A stretch of DNA of 60,910 nt, taken from NCBI GenBank assembly GCA_049999805.1, contig JBNGIO010006095.1, forward strand, positions 70,393-131,302, written 5' to 3'. Position 1 is the stretch's first letter, and each line of letters begins with the position of its first letter. The translations under genes were made by a program, and so were the position numbers. The notes beneath the pieces are model-generated. The model was given only the letters and a program-made list of their open reading frames with translations, ran no database searches and was not told the DNA's origin. Below, in pieces: positions 46,284 to 59,850 of the stretch. Origin of the DNA: Folioceros fuciformis (lineage: Eukaryota).

Positions 46284-49200
46284 ATGGTCCTCCTCCTTCT
46301 CTTGTCCGCTCTGCTCCTGCTCTCCAATTCCCAGGCGAGTCTGCCAATTCGATCATCCCGGTCTTATTATCTAGGAATAGAGAGTTCGGACTTGGGATCC
46401 AGACTCAAGCAGTTGGATGCGCCTGGTCTCATTCTGGATTTGTTCTGGACTGCAATTTTTCCATTCGCAGGGTGTTGTAGAGGGAGTGGGCGCACAAAAT
46501 GGAGCATCAGAAGCAGTCCTTACGACACTCCCAACGTCCACTCTGTAGGTTTCCAACTCTCATCGCTTTCTGCTCTGATTTTAACTCAATCACGGTGCTG
46601 ACTTCATTGTGCGGTTCATTGTAGCACGGCAACACATGCCGAGGACTTTTGTGCCATGTATGGCATTTGTGGGTCGCTGAAAGATGGAAAAGTCCTCAAT
46701 TGCCCCTATTCTACGTCGGCTGTTATTGTAAGCTGTCCGGTGTAGCAATCCGCTGTTCCTGCAAGTTGGTGTATGTGCAGAATTTCGAATTTCATGAGTG
46801 AAGTTGTGACGTGTTTGGCAGCCTAGTGATCGGTTCTCGTACAAAATTCAAAGCCTGTGTCCGAGTATCACGGGTTCTGTATGCTGTACTGAAGAGCAAT
46901 TTGATGTGCTACGGAGCCAAGTTCAACAGGTGCATTGCTCCGATCGCTTGTGTATTAACAGTGTTGATACTTTATACTCCGCTGAGCTTTCTGTGTTACT
47001 TGAATTTGGCCTTCTCATTCGCTAATGGCTGCTTGCTGTGCAGGCCGTCCCTTTCCTTACGGGGTGTCCTGCTTGCTTGCGAAACTTCCTCAACCTTTTC
47101 TGCGAGCTTGCCTGTTCCCCCAACCAGAGCCTTTTTATCAACGTAACTTCAGTTGACGAAGTATGCATCTCGTATCGGAGGAGGATGAATTTGTCCCACA
47201 GGCTGATGGCAGCAAGAGAATTTCGTGTTGTTGATGGACCATGATTTGTTTTGCTCTGCAATATGCAGCAGGTGGGTGGTGCAAGTACTGTACAAAGTAT
47301 TGACTTCTACGTGACAGATGAATATGGGACAAAGTTTTACGACTCATGTAAGGATGTAAAATTTGCTGCCATGAATACTCGTGCCATGGACTTCATTGGT
47401 GGAGGCGCTAAGAATTATGAGGGTAAGCAAAGAATTCTCATTCAGAGAGTAGACCCTGAACAGGCCTGGTGTTCTCCTTTTATTGCGTGGTGGTCCAATG
47501 AGTTTGCCCTTGCTTGCGGTGCAGACTGGTTCAGATTCATCGGGAGGCAAGCCGGACTGTATGAGCCAGGCTCCCCCTATGCAATCAACTTCATAACAAC
47601 TCTGCCTGATCGTTCACCCATGAAGCCTCTCGATGCTCCAGTAGCTCGTTGCTCGGATCCATCACTATCTTGTTCTTGTGGTGACTGCCCTTCAGCAAGC
47701 ATCTGCTCTGAACCACTGCCACCTTCTCATAACGCCACTGAGGGCTGCTCTTTCAAGATCGGAACTTTCAAGGTAGGAGCTGGCTGCTGTTGTGTACCTG
47801 TCCTTATCTGTCTGATACATTGTGTTGGCGCTGTTAGGTGCTAGGTGGCCACTCGCACACTTGTGATGGAACAGCCAGTCTCGCTGTGGTGGGTGTTGTT
47901 CGTTTCTTCTAAATTTTGACAAACCATGATGCTTCTGGTTCAGGTAAGATGTGTGGATCTGGCGGTGGCTATCTTATTCGGGGCAATCCTTGTGGGAGTA
48001 TTTTTCTGGTGGAGAAAAATGGAACGTGATCATCCTACAGCGCAATATGGTGTGTCTGAGCGATTGCTGGCGGCTGGAGCGTCCAGTGAGCTCCAAGGTA
48101 TTAATGGAGCGGCTGTTGAAATCTCACCAGCAGAGGTAGTCACTGTCTGTCATCAGACATCTGAAACCCAGACCTTAAATCCCATGCTCTCTCCGACTTC
48201 CCTGCAGCAGATTGGCGGTTGAACAGTTGAACGCTGTTTTCTTACAGGATAACTGCGTTGAGGACAAGTCTTCTACAGACGTTCCACTTTTGGAAGCATT
48301 TCTCTCTGATTGGTTCCGGTAGGTATCTAGCGAGCCTCACCTTAACTGGAAGCTTCTCTTGACACTGAGATGTCTCGAGTGTCTTATGAATGTTTCGTTT
48401 ATTTCAAATGCAGCACTCAGGGCCGATGGATAGCTCAAAATCCCGGAAAAGTGCTGATTGCATCACTTCTTGTTACCATTGTGATGTGCCTGGGATTATT
48501 CCGCCTTGAGGTGGAGACAAGCCCCATCAAGGTAAGTGGGGACAATTGTACCATCTGAGCCTGAGCAGTCCTTGTTGCCAGTGTCTTGGTATTGTTCATG
48601 GTTACTCATATGAGATGTGTATTGCAGCTTTGGGTGAGTCCTGGGAGTGTTGCTGCTGAGGAGAAAGAGTTCTTTGATAATCATTTGGCTCCATTCTATA
48701 GGATTGAACAGGTAGATTTTGGCAATCACTCCTAGCCTTGTTTCATATTGTTCTCCTTCTGATTTGGTGATAGGGAATGCCTGCCCTACTGTGCTAATTG
48801 TTATGTGAATGATCTTTTCAGCTTATCTTAGGGACAATACCGGCTCCTGGAGAAAAGTCAGCTCCAAGTATTGTGACCCAGAAAAATCTGCTGCTCTTGT
48901 TTGATATGCAAAAGAAGGTGGTATTGTTGATTTCACGTCCTTATGTTCCACTCTACCTTACTGCTGCTTGAGCTCACATTACTCAAATCATGCATGTACT
49001 GTGCAGATTGATGAGTTGCGAGCAAACTACTCAGGAACTACTGTGTCCCTACAAGACATCTGCATGAAGCCTTTAGGCACTCCCTGTGCATTTCAGAGCA
49101 TTCTGCAGGTGTCTGTGGGCTCTTCGTGCCGTAGAAAGAAAGCTGTTGAGTTTGTTAGAGATTCTTAGAGACGTGGTACTCGGACTGGTGGATACAGCAA

Positions 49201-52200
49201 GTGTTTTGTGAGCTCATGCAGTCGTGGTCATTCCTTGCAGTACTACAAGATGAACCGTGATTTTTATTATGAGTATGAAGGGGCATCTCATGTTGACTTT
49301 TGCTTTGCGGTAAGCACTTTGGAGAGTTCCTTCAATCTGTTTTATGTATCTCATGCTGTAGGAAGACCAGGAAGCACTTTCTATGCCAGAGTTGTGTTTT
49401 GCTTTCTCTCCACCATCCCTCACAGATGTCTGTGTTAGTTCAGCGTGTAGTGGATAACGATCTTATTTGATATGTACAGCACTATTCAACATCAGAAAGT
49501 TGCCTCAGCGCTTTTGGAGGTCCAGTAGAGCCAAACGTGGTTGTTGGCGGATTTTCTGGTAACAATTACTCTGAGGTCAGTAGAACGGCATGAATTATCC
49601 CAATGGCCATCTGCAATTTAATGGCTCAGAACTTCTTACAGAGACCTTGTTATCACCTCTGTTGCAGGCTACAGCCTTTATTGTAACATTGCCTGTAAAC
49701 AATGCTGTTGATGAGTCAGCAGAGGCCAACGGGGCAGCAATAGCCTGGGAGGAAGCATATATTCGCTTGGCAAAGGTTACTGTTGGCCGGTGCTTTATGT
49801 TGTGTCAGGCGGGGTTTCTGTGGCATGATGAATTTGTCTACTAACAGTGATTCCGCACATATTGATAGGAGGAACTCACTGCAATGGCTGTGGCCAACAA
49901 TTTGTCCATCTCATTTTCTTCAGAAAGTTCAGTTCAAGCCGAACTTGAGCGTGAGAGCACAGCGGACGCCCTCACTATTCTGGTATGGTACTTAACTGCT
50001 GCGCACTTTTCTTTTTCCTTTCTTAGCACTTGTAAGCAAGTAGTACTTCCTGACTTATAACTTTCTGCAGATAAGCTACCTGGTGATGTTTGCATACATT
50101 TCATTCACCCTAGGCGATTACTCAAATTCTTCAGGGCCCTTTTTTGTGGCATCAAAGGTTATCTCATCCACGTCCTGTATCATGTCCTTGATAATTGCGA
50201 GTTTGATCCAAAAAATCTCAAACATCCCCAGCATGCTATTTTGACTGACACTGGGAGGTTTGCAGGTTCTCTTAGCCCTGTCTGGTGTTTTGATTGTTGC
50301 TCTTTCGGTACTCGCATCTATCGGGCTATTCAGCGCCTTTGGTGTCAAGTCGACCCTTATTATTGTTGAAGTGATACCTTTCCTTGTCCTTGCGGTAGGT
50401 GCACAAAGCCAATAACGCCTTCCACTTTGGATATCTCAGTGCAGCATAGCTTGCCACGTGTGATTGTAGTTGTGTCACAACGGCATGCCACCGGTTGCAG
50501 GTAGGAGTTGACAATATGTGTATCTTGGTGAATGCGCTTAAACGGCAAAACAAGTGCCATGCCCTGGACAAGCGAGTTGGGAATGCGCTGGCTGAAGTTG
50601 GGCCTTCTATTACGCTTGCAAGCTTGGCAGAAGCACTCGCGTTTGCAGTTGGAGCCTTTACTCCGATGCCTGCTTGTCGGGTCTTTTCCATGTTTGCTGG
50701 TCAGTGCACAGCCTTTCTCAAATTCTGTAAGCAGTCTTGTCCTGCCGTGGAAGAAGGAAGTAGGTGCAGGCACTGACCCTGTTTTATGGCTGCGACTGCA
50801 GCTGTAGCCGTTCTGGTGGATTATTTTCTGCAAGTGACAGCATTTGTGGCTCTAGTAACCTACGATTTCTGGAGAGCAGAAAACTATCGAGTGGATTGTT
50901 TCCCGTTTATTTCAGTCACTGCAATAGATGAACCTCAGGATTTTGTCCAAGATGAGTCCATCAATGGTTCGTTCCTGCTCACGTCTGTAACCGTGATGCA
51001 CTGTTGTGTGTGAGGATGTATATTCGACTTGGACCAGATTGATAAACTGGACAGAGTTGATTGTGCAGGAGGATACAGGAACCGTCATGAACCCGGATTT
51101 ATTTCTCGCTACATGCAGGTACTTGTATGTAAGGCACTTGGTCATGGATTAGTGCAAAGCTGAAGGAAAGCTCATGTCTAACTTGGATGTTGCACTGTGG
51201 TTTGTAGAATATCCATGCTCCTGCTCTTAGGCAGCCACGGGTGAAAGCTCTGGTGGTGGCATTATTTTCTGGGCTTTTACTTGCAAGCATAGTAAGAAAG
51301 TCCACATAGTTTTCGCGTTTTGTCCCAATTCTGCATGTGATTGAATTCTGGAAAATGTCTGTGGATGCTCGATGTTACAGCTCCGAACTCAATTTGAGGT
51401 TCTGTTAGCTTTTCTCTGCAATGAAAGTAATGTTTTGCAGGCATGGTCCACACGCCTCAGTCCAGGACTGGATCAAAAGGTTGCACTCCCTCGTGATTCT
51501 TACTTGCAGGTTAGTGATCTGAGCTTCATTAGATGTAGCTGTAACTTTTGTTGCAAACTGAGTCTCGCAACAGACAACAGTGTTCTGTGATTTCAGGGTT
51601 ATTTTGACAACATCACAGAGTACCTTCGGGTTGGACCACCCGTTTATTTTGTGGTCAAAGACTTCAACTACAGGTTGGGTGGACATTGGCTGACAGTGGA
51701 AAGTGCTTTTGGCCACAACGCATAAATGTTGGATCACAATGGAGCGCACCATGTGTGGTACATTGTTTGACGACGTCTTTTGTTTCATCAGTTCATCAAG
51801 CAATCAAACCAACCTACTGTGCTCCATCAGCCAGTGTGCCCCAAATTCTCTCCTCAACCAGGTAGTCTTGCGTTCCGAGTAAGCCGCTCAAACAAGAATG
51901 GGGCAGATCTTACAAGGGAGGTTATGGTGTAACGTTTTTGGGCTGTGCAGGTGTCAGCAGCAGCGTTGACTCCCAGCTCCACCTTTATTGCAACTCCTGC
52001 AGCATCCTGGTTGGATGACTTTCTAGTATGGCTGTCACCAGATGCTTTTGGGTGCTGCCGGAAGTTTCCCAATGGTGAATATTGCCCTCCCGACGATCAG
52101 GTTTGTCCTTGCAGCACACTCCTCAAAGATTATTAGAGTATTGTCTTCTAGAATGCTGAATGGAGGCCCCTCGGGGAAATGAAGGTGATTACTGACATCA

Positions 52201-54343
52201 CAGTGTTGGTTGCGATGATTAGCCTCCCTGCTGTCCTGCTAGCGAAGATTTCTGCGGCCAGAGTGAGTTTTGTAAGGATTGCACAACGGTAATAGCCTGT
52301 TCCGTTGCCTGTTTTCTTGGTGGCCAAAACGCGGAGTCTTGTTTTGTGGAAACCTTCATTCCAGGGACGCATTTAACTTGTAGTCTACGGATCCCGCACA
52401 AGTGTGATTTGATTTTCTGCAGTGTTTCTTGAGGACGGACCTTCACGAAGGTCGACCCTCCACAGAACAATTCAAAGAGAAACTTCCTTGGTTTTTAGAA
52501 GCGCTCCCCTCGGCTGACTGTGCGAAGGGTGGTCATGGTGCTTATACGAACAGTGTTGATCTAGATGGTGAGTTTGAGAGGCTGCAAACTGCTGTTGTCC
52601 TGTGGATCGAAGACTTGAGCTATGTAGGCATCTCCATACCTGGCTGACGGTTTCAGTGTCAAAAGGCATGTACTGACAAATTTTCGGAGTTGTAGGGTAT
52701 GAAGGCGGGATTATAAGAGCATCAGAATTCCGATCCTACCATACACCTTTGAACAAGCAGGTTGGCTTCGATGTGAAGGTGAAATCGTAATCTAATGCAT
52801 GTTGGAGAGGGTCTGTCCTGAATGATCGGTACTTGGTTGTGCAGAGTGACTACATTGACGCTCTACGGTCAGCTAAAGATTTTGCTCGGACCGTCTCCCT
52901 TTCCTTGAATGTAAGCTTCGTTGGTATTTTGGGTTTGAAGTCTTCGTTAAGAAGCATTGGGGTGACTTTGTGTGCGGTGTGCATACTTCAGATCACGGTT
53001 TTCCCATATTCCGTGTTTTACATTTTCTTTGAGCAATACCTGGACATATGGAGGATGACCGTAACCAGTCTGGTAGTAGCACTCGGTGGGAATCTGAACA
53101 CCAGACTGCCTTTATTTTGCGCTCTAAAAGCTGATTTTATGCTTTTTAATGGCTAATGGACAATGTGGGTTTTGATACGCATGTGGAAGCAGCTACTGTA
53201 TTTTGCGTGTGTGCTGCAATAACGAACAGGTATAGCATCTCCACGGTCCCTTGGAACTTGTTTGTTCTGGCATCTAGGCTATAAGGTGATTGGAAGTGGT
53301 CGGCCAATTGTGCATTTGGAGAAGCTTCAACTTGTGGTTGGATGTGGCTGGCAGCATATGGACGGCGACCATCATCGTGCTTGTTATCTCCATGATAATC
53401 GTTGACATGCTGGTAACTCCTGGCTAGCGAGGAAGCTGTTTACTTCCCTTCCATGTCCCATAGTGACGAAACATCTGCGAGTCTCAATTGAAGTGTCTGA
53501 CGTCTGAAGTACACCGAATCGATGTGGCAATCTTGCAGGGCTTTATGGTACTATGGGGTATTCAGCTGAATGCTGTTTCGGTCGTGAACCTTGTGATGTC
53601 TATCGGCATTGCAGTGGAGTTTTGTGTCCACATCACCCACGCCTTTGCGGTTAGAATTCCTTGAACACCGTGTCAGAGCTGGCCCCCAGATCTATATTCC
53701 TTCGATCTAAAAGTGGGGACTGGCATTGCAGGTGAGTAGTGGGACCCGTTCGGAGAGATCAACGAAGGCACTTCTGACCATGGGCGAGTCGGTGCTCAGG
53801 TGAGGCATCCACATACAGTGTGGAAACCTTTTGGGTTTCTCACAGCTCTATCCACATTGGACGAGCCTGGATCTCTCGTCTTGTGACTGGTACTGTGCTT
53901 AACATGTGAGCAGCGGAATCACTTTGACGAAGTTCGCGGGTGTCCTGGTGCTGTTCTTCTCTCAGTCTGAAATATTTGAGGTGAGTGTCGTACAATTATC
54001 AGGGATGTACATTCATGTGCGGTCACCCTCTGATGGTCTTGGCACGCTACTACTGGCAGGTGTACTACTTCCGCATGTACTTGTTACTGGTTCTGCTGGG
54101 TGCATTACACGGCCTCGTCTTCCTGCCGGTATTTTTTAAACAAGACAACAACCTTTGCACGCTCTGCACCTCTCAGTGAGGCCATGTCCTATGTTTTGAT
54201 TTCATCCTGCGCTTCGTGTGTGCAAGGTTCTGCTGAGCATATGTGGGCCGCCGTCAATCTCTGTAGAGGGCATGGAGGACATTGGATTGTTAGCAACCTC
54301 CGGTGAGACAAGGAGGTCTGAAGCATTGAAAGCTAGGTCTTGA
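46284..54343 (+). CDS. NPC1: Niemann-Pick C1-like sterol/sphingolipid transporter, roughly 40 short exons
   Basis: Signal peptide; [53 protein letters not shown]; sterol-sensing domain ([37 protein letters not shown]); [57 protein letters not shown]. Confidence 0.96.
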
Positions 54344-54489
54344 GGGAGCGGGTAGCAACAGCAGCAGTGCAAAATCAGCACTGTATGTCTCATAGGGATG
54401 TCAACAGTGATCAGCCGCGGCTGCGTCCCACCTTTGGACTTTGATGTCATCAATTTGCGTCCCATGCCTTACCATGCATGTCGAAAGGC

Positions 54490-56378
54490 TTATCCCGTCC
54501 CACCCTCCTGCACGGCAAGAGAGCAGGATTTCTCGTTCCAGACGAGCTGCAGCCCGCCTTCCTGATCCTGACAGGCGTGTACATGGCTGTCCATCCAGTC
54601 CTGGTGCGGTGGAGTAATAGGGTTTCCGAGACTGGAGTTGGGGCAGTTGGGATGCGCCATTGGGAAGTGTGTGCAGGGCTCGCTCGAGACCCCACGGGAG
54701 CAAGCTTCACCGGGCTCCAGAGTCTCCCCCCTGACATTCATTATGAGAGGACGCAGCCCAGCCAGGCCGTGGGCCACGTACCCAAAGGTGGAGTAGGCGG
54801 AGGTGGCTATGGCATCGCTCAAGCTTAGCAGCCACATCTCCAGCAACGCCGTTCGGGCCTGGCGCATTGTCTCGTCCTGCTGTCCGCCTTCTCCACACTG
54901 CTTCCATGACCAGCAGCACGAGCATGGATGGATCAGGATGGCGTGATGTAGCCACAGCAGCAGGTGCAAGAGCAGCAGTCGGAGGAAGGGCATGGCGAGA
55001 TGACGTACGGAGTGGATGCTGACAAGGCGACCGTCGTCACTGGCTCCCTCGCTGTACTCCCGCTTCATCTCCTGGTAGTACCTCTGTTGCAGAGACGCCA
55101 CCAGCACGGCCACGCTTCCGCCATCCCCAGCCGGCCGGGAAGATGAAGGGGAGGAGGCATTGGGAGAGGACAGCCTGGGGAGCAGGCGGTGCTCCTGCAG
55201 GCATTGCAAAACCCTAGCGTGGACCGCGCTGTCGAAGGCGGCCAGATCCCATCTTCCGTGGAGCCGGATCTGGACTCCCACGCGAGCTCCGGAGGTGGAG
55301 AGGTATCCCTTGTACACGCGCAGCAGTTGCTTCCAGATAGGATTTTGCGGCACGACGATTAGGCGGGCCAACTGTGTGAAGATGGAGAAGTGCGCGTCGT
55401 CGGGGACAGCAGCGTCTCCCTGGCCTGGACATCGTTCCTGCTGCTGCCGGGGCGGGAAGAGCGGAACAAGGCGGTGCCAGAAGGAGGGCAGCGTGAGCAG
55501 GCGGGAGGCGTAGTACTGCGTGCTGCTCCAGGCCAACCACGTCACGTCTGGCGTGACCGCGTGGTGCGTGGAGTCACAGAAGAAGGACTGGTCGCCGGCG
55601 CTCTGGATGTGCTCCAGATGCAGGTTCACCACAGGGGGCACCGCCCGGGCGGCTGCTGCTGCTTCCCAGGCGGCGCCTAGAGCGGGAGCCTGCCGGACCG
55701 CGTCGTAGGGGAAGTCCTCCGGGAGCAGCCAGGAGGAGCCGGGGAAGGGCTGGCAGAGCAGGCTGCCCAGCTTCTTGCCCCCTCCCGTCTCCAGCATCAG
55801 GACCCTGTCGGTGGCCAGGGCGTAGAGGAATGCCGACACCAGGGCCAGGATCTTGTTCCCCAGCCCAGCCGAGCCCTCCATGACGATGAGGTACCTGCAT
55901 GAGGAGGTAGATGGCGCAGGACCCCTGACGAAGGCCTCCGTCCAGTTGCTGATCCGGGATGAGCAGAGCCTGCGCAGGCTCAGGTACCGCTTCCAGCTCT
56001 CCTCCAGGGCAAGGGACGGGGGGAAGCGCTGCTCCGGCCTCCGGTACTGGTGTTGTTCGTTGCGAGCCAGGCAATCCGCGTCACGCTCTGCATACACCAT
56101 CCACACCACAGTTTCTTCAACAATTTCCTCTCCTCAGGTCTGTGCTCTCTCTTTCTCTCACCTTCTTCCTCCAGATAGGTAGACACTGTCGTCGTCGTCC
56201 TCCTCGCCCTGGATCCTGCAGGCTCGGGCTGGAGCCTGGGCTCCCTGTTCTTTCCCCTTCCCCACTGCCACTGCCACTGGCGGAGCAGCTGCGACTCCAC
56301 GTAGAGCAGCACGCACACCAGGAGCAGCGCCGTGCAGATGGCCCCCCCTATGGTCAAGAGCTTGTGGGGCTTGCCCAT
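54490..56378 (-). CDS. GT37 alpha-1,2-fucosyltransferase (xyloglucan FUT1/MUR2-like), type II membrane protein
   Basis: N-terminal TM helix; intron 56088-56161 joins to ERDADCLAR; CRYLIV..AGLGNKILALVSAFLYALATDRVL; LLCQPFPGSSWLLPEDFP; VGVQIR; ALLEMWLLSLSD..TSAYSTFGYVAHGLAGLRP; SSEPCTH. Confidence 0.93.
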
Positions 56379-57283
56379 CACTCCCCAGACTCATCAACCT
56401 TGCTTGCCTCACCCTCTCCCCAGGGGGGCGAGCAAGTTTTTGGTGGACCGGATATCATGCGACCTGCAATGCCAGGTATCTGTGGGTCCTGCTGCCTTTG
56501 GGTTGCCAATCTCTCAGCGAAGGAACTTGGGCCTGCTTCGTGCTGGCATCCTCGATGGTTGCATTGTTCCCTCCCTAACAAGAAAGCCAGGACTTCTTGG
56601 AACCCTTCGTCCTAACGGACTTAACGGTTGCTACTGTCACGCTACCAAGACGCAACGCCTTTTGGTTCCATACTCCTTGCACTGTAACATACGCACAGGA
56701 CAAATTGGTCCATTTTCCCTGAAACACCGAGAGCAAAGTTAAACGGGACAAGTGCTTTGTTTTTTCAAAGAAAAACCGAGAGTAAAGTCCAACAATGATG
56801 TGGACATGAGAAGAGTGCATTAAGTATGTACAGAGGTGAAGAAGCTAGTTTGAGATATTTCCCAAGGCTAACCAAAAAACTACCTACTGGATACTTGCCC
56901 CTGTCCCGCGGTGATTCTTCACACCGTAAGGGGTGTGTAGCTTTTCGGCAAAAAAAAATGTGGACGGACCAAAAAAAAAGTCATTCAAGTTCTACAGAAC
57001 AGCTTAGAATTATACACATCTACAATTAAATCTCTTTTCTATGCTATAAGTAGGGATGGATGACCGACTAAGTCAGGACATGAGGCCATCCATACCCATA
57101 ACCATACCCATGCCCTGCTCCCAGGCCCTCTAGAGTCTCCCCCTCTTCCACATAGATAAATATTACACGTCGACGAGGGATTGAGCAGCAGTCGTCTGTT
57201 ACAAAGGCACGTCTCTCCGGTTGCCAAGTTTCCTGGCCCTGAACTTGTTGCGAGTGATGCTCCGACTTCACTCTATCCTGGAC

Positions 57284-58394
57284 TTAACGACGGGTGAAGG
57301 ATGAGCCCACCTTGCGTGTCTGGCTTCTACTTCTTGCTTCGTTACTGCAAGCCACCACATGATCAGTTCAAAAGCCAAGCCATGAGAGGAAGCGTCCAGA
57401 GCCGGGACCATACTCACCTGTCAGCTCAGCAAAACTCACCTGGCAGCATACTCCATCCTCGCCTTCTTCATGAGTCTTCCTCTGGTAGACGAGGAGCTTC
57501 CAGATCCTGCACTGCCTCCTCGCCCAAAAGATGAGGGACCATTCTTCCTCTTCCTCGAAGCCGGGGGAAGCTTCTCACACACGACTAACTGCCTGCTTAC
57601 CTTTTCTGCACAATTGCACACAGTCCAGTCCTAGTAGCTCAACAAACCCGCAATTTGTGTTTAGCTCAACAAATCCACCATGTGAACCTAGCTCAACAAA
57701 ATTCATTCATGTCACCCTAGCTCCAGTAACGAAGTTAGCAGCGGGAAAGCAAGTGCAGTAGAAAGCAACTTGCCACCCACCTTGCTCCGCCTTCTGGTAC
57801 AGCTGTTTCAGCCGGCTCACCCCGGCCTGCTCTTCCTTTTCTCGATCCCTCAGCTTAGCCTGAGAGGAAAAAATCCACGACAGCATCGTGAGTGTCAGCA
57901 AAGGAAACTAAACCTCGCACACCAAATCCCCGTACAATCCCCGCTTCTCCCTACCTCATACAAGCTCCTCCACGTGTAAACCTTGTTCAGCCGCTCCATC
58001 TTGGCCATGGCGGCCTTCACCCGGTCCTCCCCAAACCTTCGCTGGTAGATTTTTCTCCATAGATCGTTCGTAATGGGAGTGAGATCTCTGCCCTGCGCAT
58101 CCAAAAATGACAACAATTCCTCAATACGGACACGGCCGCCCCGCCCGCCCGGTGCCAGGAAAGAAACAAACACGTAGCTGGCACTCTCAGACAGCCAGCC
58201 TTAGGCTACCATACCTTGGTGCACGTTTCGATGCGCAAGAGCTGATCCTCCGTGCAGTGCGGCAGGATCACGGCCAGCAAACTGGCATCAGTGTCTCCAA
58301 CATCGCTTAGGTAGGCTACGTTATCGATAGCTCTCTGGACGCACAGCTGCTGCAGCTTCGGGGCCATCGCGTCTTCGTCAGACTCTGCGTCCAT
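57284..58394 (-). CDS. Elongin A-like (RNA polymerase II elongation factor SIII subunit A), about 5 exons
   Basis: BC-box-like PKLQQLCVQRAIDNVAYLSDVG; ILPHCTEDQLLRIE; DLTPITNDLWRKIYQRRFG; WRSLYE; RLKQLY; LMKKARMEY. 3' end is tentative. Confidence 0.85.
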
Positions 58395-59671
58395 AGTGCT
58401 GCGCAAATTCCGCAATTCTACCTATTGTTCCTCTCCAGTATTACTTATATTAATTGTATTTTTAAACTACGACGATGGGTGATAAATAAGGCAGCATTCC
58501 CAAAAAAGCTCTAACCGAAAGCGACCTAGAGCGAACAGTAAGCGCGAGGAGCGGATAGGCCGACATACCATAGGGAAATATCCTTTGAACCCCACATGAC
58601 CGACTAGGTATGTACGCACTGTACATGCATTCGGCAATTTCCATTTCGGGCTACACAGCCGCTGCCACCCTTTGGACCTTTCACGGACACAGCTCTCTGT
58701 TCGTCTTCGTCCCGTTGAGGGACAACTGGTTGTTGTTGTTCCTCGTTCTCTGGCGACGGTCGCCGCGGACTCTCCTCCGTGGCCATGGTATCAAGATTGG
58801 CTCACTGTCCAGGTCCCTCCCTTGCGAGGCCTTTTGTTTCTGTTATGCGTCGTCCTGTTCGTCAGGTGGACGGGCTCATCCCAGAAGGAAGGGGATCCGG
58901 CAAGAGCAGACGGCCGGCATATCGAGGAGCAAACCAGGTCACTCACCAAGGTCCAACTGCGCTGTGTTTTCATTACCGCGAGCAGGGCTGAGCGGCTCCT
59001 CAGCTTCATGCTCTTGGATCACACTGGTCAGACTGGACTTTAGGGTTTAGTGTCGGAGGACTCGGGGCAGGGGCCGCGTTCTGGTGATCCTGTCCCTCAG
59101 CCGTCGAAGCCTGCGATCTGAGGCTGGTCTGGTGAACAGAGTTGCCCCGCGATGGACGACGGGCTTCATCGCAAAAGGTAACAAGAGGCGCCTGGTGCCG
59201 GGGCGTCTGGGGCTCCCTCGTACGGATTGCATTCTAACGTTGTGTGGAACCCTGTCCTGAGCGTTTGCGGAAATTGCTGGTCCCGTGCGGGTGTCCTCCT
59301 TGAGGGATTTGCAAAGTATCATATTTTATTTTCTCGTTAATTATAGCAATTAATTTATAAAGTAGGTAATATAATAGATATTACATAATATTTAAATGCT
59401 TGAATAACTGATTTTAGTGACTCTTGGTTTCTATGTTAACGTCTCCTGGGTTGCAACCCCTAGGTTGCTCTTGTGTTTATGGTATGAAAGCCTAACATCT
59501 TTGATTAGCTGCAAAGTGAACACACTAATGTTCATGTTTGTGCTTGCGTATGCAAATTGGCAATCATATCCAGAATTGAACAAGCATGAAATACACATTG
59601 GTTGTTTTATGTCCAAGAATCTCTGAATACATTTTGATCAATTGGATTTTGGAGAGAAGCTCTTTCCTTAC

Positions 59672-59850
59672 AGAAAGTGTGTTGTTTCTCTATGGTTTGA
59701 AATGAAGAAAGTGTGTTGTTTCTCTATGGTTTGAAATGAACAGAGTCCTAAGACTCAAAACATTTATGATGTCCCCTTGAGACTTTAGAACGTAGGAAAG
59801 ACAAGATATTGAATCTCAGAACGTAGGAAAGACAAGATATTGAATCTCAA
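59672..59850. repeat. Two short tandem duplications (35 bp x2 and 31 bp x2)
   Basis: AGAAAGTGTGTTGTTTCTCTATGGTTTGAAATGAA twice; AGAACGTAGGAAAGACAAGATATTGAATCTC twice. Confidence 0.85.

Noticed and set aside
14954-58394. The 11 genes as a functional gene cluster
   Set aside because: Functions are unrelated; tight packing reflects a compact genome, not a pathway.
58785-58799. TGGTATCAAGA resembling a tRNA-iMet primer-binding site
   Set aside because: Imperfect match, with no adjoining LTR or gag sequence recognisable.
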